Below, in pieces: positions 24,387-26,974 of a stretch of DNA of 26,974 bases. Within the stretch, counting starts at the first letter, position 1. Every line of letters starts with the position of its first letter. A program made the translations under genes and the position numbers. The DNA is from a virus (taxonomy: Duplodnaviria; Caudoviricetes), in IMG/VR virus record IMGVR_UViG_3300020045_007287, positions 1 to 26,974 of that record; one strand, written 5' to 3'. A model generated the notes under the pieces. That model had not been told where the DNA came from, did not search any database, and saw only the letters and a list, made by a program, of their open reading frames with translations.

Positions 24387-24548
24387 ATGTATTACATTCA
24401 ACGTAAGGGTCAGGGCCAGCTTGAAACTGTCGATGAATTCGAATCTCGGCGCGAGGCCCTGGCCATGATTGCGGAATATCGTCTGTGCGATTGGTCGGCG
24501 GTTTATTACATTTCCACCCGTGCCTGTAAGGCATGGGCAGCCAAATAA
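24387..24548 (+). CDS. Small phage protein (53 aa, not in ORF track)
   Basis: MYYIQRKGQGQLETVDEFESRREALAMIAEYRLCDWSAVYYISTRACKAWAAK; fills gap. Confidence 0.7.
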   Translation: MYYIQRKGQGQLETVDEFESRREALAMIAEYRLCDWSAVYYISTRACKAWAAK

Positions 24549-24558
24549 AGGGCTAATC

Positions 24559-24771
24559 ATGGCAAAGCAAATTCACGATTACAGCATTACCGTTGATAAC
24601 GTCGGGGAAGTATTCGGCCCGGTAACCAATGGTGCACAAGCACTGCGGGAATATGGGGATTGGATTGCATCGTCCAAAACCGGTAAAGGTCGGGCCGGTG
24701 GTGAATCTGTCACCCTATGGCGGGATGGCGAACCATGGCGGGAATATCAACCACCGCATTCTGTCGAATAA
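24559..24771 (+). CDS. Hypothetical protein (70 aa)
   Basis: AAAGGG RBS; GRAGGESVTLWRDGEP motif. Confidence 0.75.
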   Translation: MAKQIHDYSITVDNVGEVFGPVTNGAQALREYGDWIASSKTGKGRAGGESVTLWRDGEPWREYQPPHSVE

Positions 24772-24780
24772 GGGGCGATC

Positions 24781-25218
24781 ATGCGAGTAGATAACAATTT
24801 TATCGGCGTCGGTATCATCATTTCCCGCGTCGATTACAAGGGGCGCCGCTATATCGGGCCGATGGTGGCACGCAAAGGACGTGCCGGAATGCGTGGCTGG
24901 TTTCTATGGTCGGCGTCGCAGGACGAGTATTCGGAGATTGGCGGGATTCATCGCATTTGTGCATGGCCGGACAATGGAACCCGTGGCATTGTGGGATGGC
25001 CTACCCGTGCCTCGGCCGAGGCATGGGCGAGGCTGGTTAATGGCGGCCCGGTATCTGGTGCACAAGGGTGCACCCCTTTTCGCGAAAGCGGTTTGTGGCA
25101 GTGTCGGGGATTCGACGCATTCGGACGACATTTCAATCGGTCGTTCCGTACTGTGCGCGATGCTCGATTGTTCTGCAATGCCATGAAACGCGGCGATAAC
25201 CGCGTGGCACGTTATTAA
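24781..25218 (+). CDS. Hypothetical Arg/Gly/Trp-rich protein (145 aa)
   Basis: TAAGGGG RBS. Confidence 0.7.
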   Translation: MRVDNNFIGVGIIISRVDYKGRRYIGPMVARKGRAGMRGWFLWSASQDEYSEIGGIHRICAWPDNGTRGIVGWPTRASAEAWARLVNGGPVSGAQGCTPFRESGLWQCRGFDAFGRHFNRSFRTVRDARLFCNAMKRGDNRVARY

Positions 25219-25235
25219 TTCAAAGGGGCTTGATC

Positions 25236-25448
25236 ATGAAAACTATCAAGGTCGACCATTATCCCCCGCGTGGCACCAGATACGGGAATGTTGCTGATTT
25301 TTGGTATTGTGGCGCCCTTGTGTCTGAATTGCCAGTATGCACCATGGCAGAGATTCAGGCGGAATTGCAGCGCCTGGCAGTGCGCGACGGCTTCACTCAT
25401 TGGCGTAGTGTGCAAACCCGCAAAACGCTCAAAATCAAAGGGGCTTGA
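25236..25448 (+). CDS. Hypothetical protein (70 aa)
   Basis: AAAGGGG RBS before ATG 25236. Confidence 0.7.
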   Translation: MKTIKVDHYPPRGTRYGNVADFWYCGALVSELPVCTMAEIQAELQRLAVRDGFTHWRSVQTRKTLKIKGA

Positions 25449-25449
25449 T

Positions 25450-25671
25450 ATGCTGATCCATGAATACGCCATTGCGCTACAGGTCTACCATGATGAAATC
25501 ATCGGCAGACTACAATTCTCAAAGAATGGCACGATTGAAGAATCGGGCCTTTACAGTTTGCCAGAATTGCAAAACATCATCGCACTATGGCAGGACGACA
25601 GTTTGCTAGGTTCGTTTGCCATCGGCACCACGCTTGCCAAAACCGCGACGTTCACACTCAAGGGGAATTGA
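25450..25671 (+). CDS. Hypothetical protein (73 aa)
   Basis: AAAGGGG RBS before ATG 25450. Confidence 0.7.
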   Translation: MLIHEYAIALQVYHDEIIGRLQFSKNGTIEESGLYSLPELQNIIALWQDDSLLGSFAIGTTLAKTATFTLKGN

Positions 25672-25673
25672 CC

Positions 25674-26012
25674 ATGGGCTACAAACTAACTTCCAATTGG
25701 AAATACAGGGACCTTGTTTGCCTCGCAGACCTTCCCGAAAAGGATCAAAAGGATTTCGACTATATCGACGATTCCGAAAAATGGTCATTGCGTTTCGTGC
25801 ATTATCGTGGCGCATGGTATGACGTGAACGATTCGCAGAGAATCAAAGTTGAGCGCCGCGATACCGACAGAATGGGCTGGTCACATTACGTGCATCCGGG
25901 TGAACCCTTGGCACATTTCGATGCGATTATCACCGATAGTTATTTCAGCGGTGTAGTTTTCAAACTGTCGGATGATGGTGAGTCCGTAATCGTCGGTCGC
26001 ATCTACTGCTAA
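25674..26012 (+). CDS. Conserved phage hypothetical protein (112 aa)
   Basis: AAGGGG RBS; FDY.......F..YRG.WY...DSYFSG....L..DGE.VIVG. Confidence 0.75.
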   Translation: MGYKLTSNWKYRDLVCLADLPEKDQKDFDYIDDSEKWSLRFVHYRGAWYDVNDSQRIKVERRDTDRMGWSHYVHPGEPLAHFDAIITDSYFSGVVFKLSDDGESVIVGRIYC

Positions 26013-26024
26013 GGGGTATCGGTA

Positions 26025-26477
26025 ATGATCTATCAACCTAACTCTAGAGAATTCGTTGCAATGCTCAATTCTTATATGGGTTGCCTCCTTTGGACAATGC
26101 CGGGCGATGATGGCGACGAGAATCCGGGTGACCGATTCTCTATCGATCGTTTCACCAAAACAGCAAAGATAGTTTGCGTGGCGGATTGTCTTGAATTCCT
26201 AAACCGGGTTCAGGTTGCCAAACTGTCCCCGTGGGTGTGGCAGACAATGCCCAAATATCGCCTTATTGGATATGGCCCGGATCAGTTAGGGTATGATCTG
26301 GCATTTTCTCGCAATGGACACGGGTCCGGCTTCTTTGATCGCAACGTATTGGACGTGCAAGCATTTCCCGACTACATGAAACGCGATGAAACGCTAGGCG
26401 ATGCGCTGCAAGAGATTGCGGGAAACATGGGGCAACGCGACATCTATCCGGCCCGTGGCTGGATTCACTGCAGCTAA
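26025..26477 (+). CDS. Conserved phage early-type protein (150 aa)
   Basis: TAAGGGG RBS; Y..CLLW...G.D...SRNGHG.GFFDR motif. Confidence 0.75.
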   Translation: MIYQPNSREFVAMLNSYMGCLLWTMPGDDGDENPGDRFSIDRFTKTAKIVCVADCLEFLNRVQVAKLSPWVWQTMPKYRLIGYGPDQLGYDLAFSRNGHGSGFFDRNVLDVQAFPDYMKRDETLGDALQEIAGNMGQRDIYPARGWIHCS

Positions 26478-26486
26478 GGGGCAATC

Positions 26487-26693
26487 GTGAACCCCTTAAC
26501 CGCGTTTCTGATCCGCGCCACGCTATCGGTCATCGTCGCAATCGGTGCGGTAATCGTCTGCCTCATTCTGTCGTGGCAGGGTAACCCGAGGTCGGTTGCC
26601 TTTCTGATTCTCGGCTTTGTGCTTTCATGGTTGATCAGCCCATCGTCTGAAAAGTGGGCAACCCTGAACGCAATCGTTAACGATAGGGATTAA
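26487..26693 (+). CDS. Small membrane protein, two hydrophobic segments (68 aa)
   Basis: GTG with TAAGGGG RBS. Confidence 0.7.
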   Translation: MNPLTAFLIRATLSVIVAIGAVIVCLILSWQGNPRSVAFLILGFVLSWLISPSSEKWATLNAIVNDRD

Positions 26694-26699
26694 TCAACC

Positions 26700-26974
26700 A
26701 TGAAAACCGCTAAACCCTTTCCCGTCGTGCCACGCATTGAAATTGCCACGGGCCGCGCCATTCTGGTGTATGTAAATCGAAACCCACACGGATGGTGGCT
26801 TGAGATGTATGACGGCGCCGAGCATCAAGAGGTCTGCCTTGATTGGTATCGTTTGAGAACTCGGCCGGTCGATTCTGCCGACGTTGCAATGGTGTGCAAC
26901 GTGCAAAACCTGATTCGACGGTGGTGCAAATTGCCAGGTCAACCCGATAGCGTCGTCGTTCGTCAACGCCTATC
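26700..26974 (+). CDS. Hypothetical protein, 3' truncated
   Basis: ATG 26700 after TAGGGA; frame open to window end (MKTAKPFPVVPRIEIATGR...). Confidence 0.65.
   Translation, partial: MKTAKPFPVVPRIEIATGRAILVYVNRNPHGWWLEMYDGAEHQEVCLDWYRLRTRPVDSADVAMVCNVQNLIRRWCKLPGQPDSVVVRQRL

Overview
The window is a gene-dense segment of a tailed dsDNA phage (siphovirus-type, probably with a proteobacterial host). No integrase, tRNA, rRNA, CRISPR array or host gene is visible. It has five blocks. (1) 1-10316, + strand: tail module (tape-measure C-terminus, distal tail-type protein with C-terminal 25-aa repeats, two tail proteins, a DUF2163/BR0599-type protein, two small tail-assembly proteins, and a central tail hub encoded as three ORFs in one frame, ending in a LamG-like domain). 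(2) 10421-10915: two holin-like membrane proteins. (3) 10966-20162, - strand: a tightly coupled cluster with a DEDDh 3'-5' exonuclease, RdgC, a ParB-like protein and many small unknowns. (4) 20334-22355: a divergent + strand operon. (5) 22356-22827 non-coding (shared motif, foldable GC-rich segment, 23-bp tandem array), then a run of small early-type genes with AAGGGG ribosome-binding sites. The most unusual signals are a shared acidic C-terminal tail (DDDL/DDEL) on several unrelated proteins, the in-frame three-part tail hub gene, and the motif + structured segment + Chi-like repeat array. All product calls come from motif recognition and gene order only; no searches were run.
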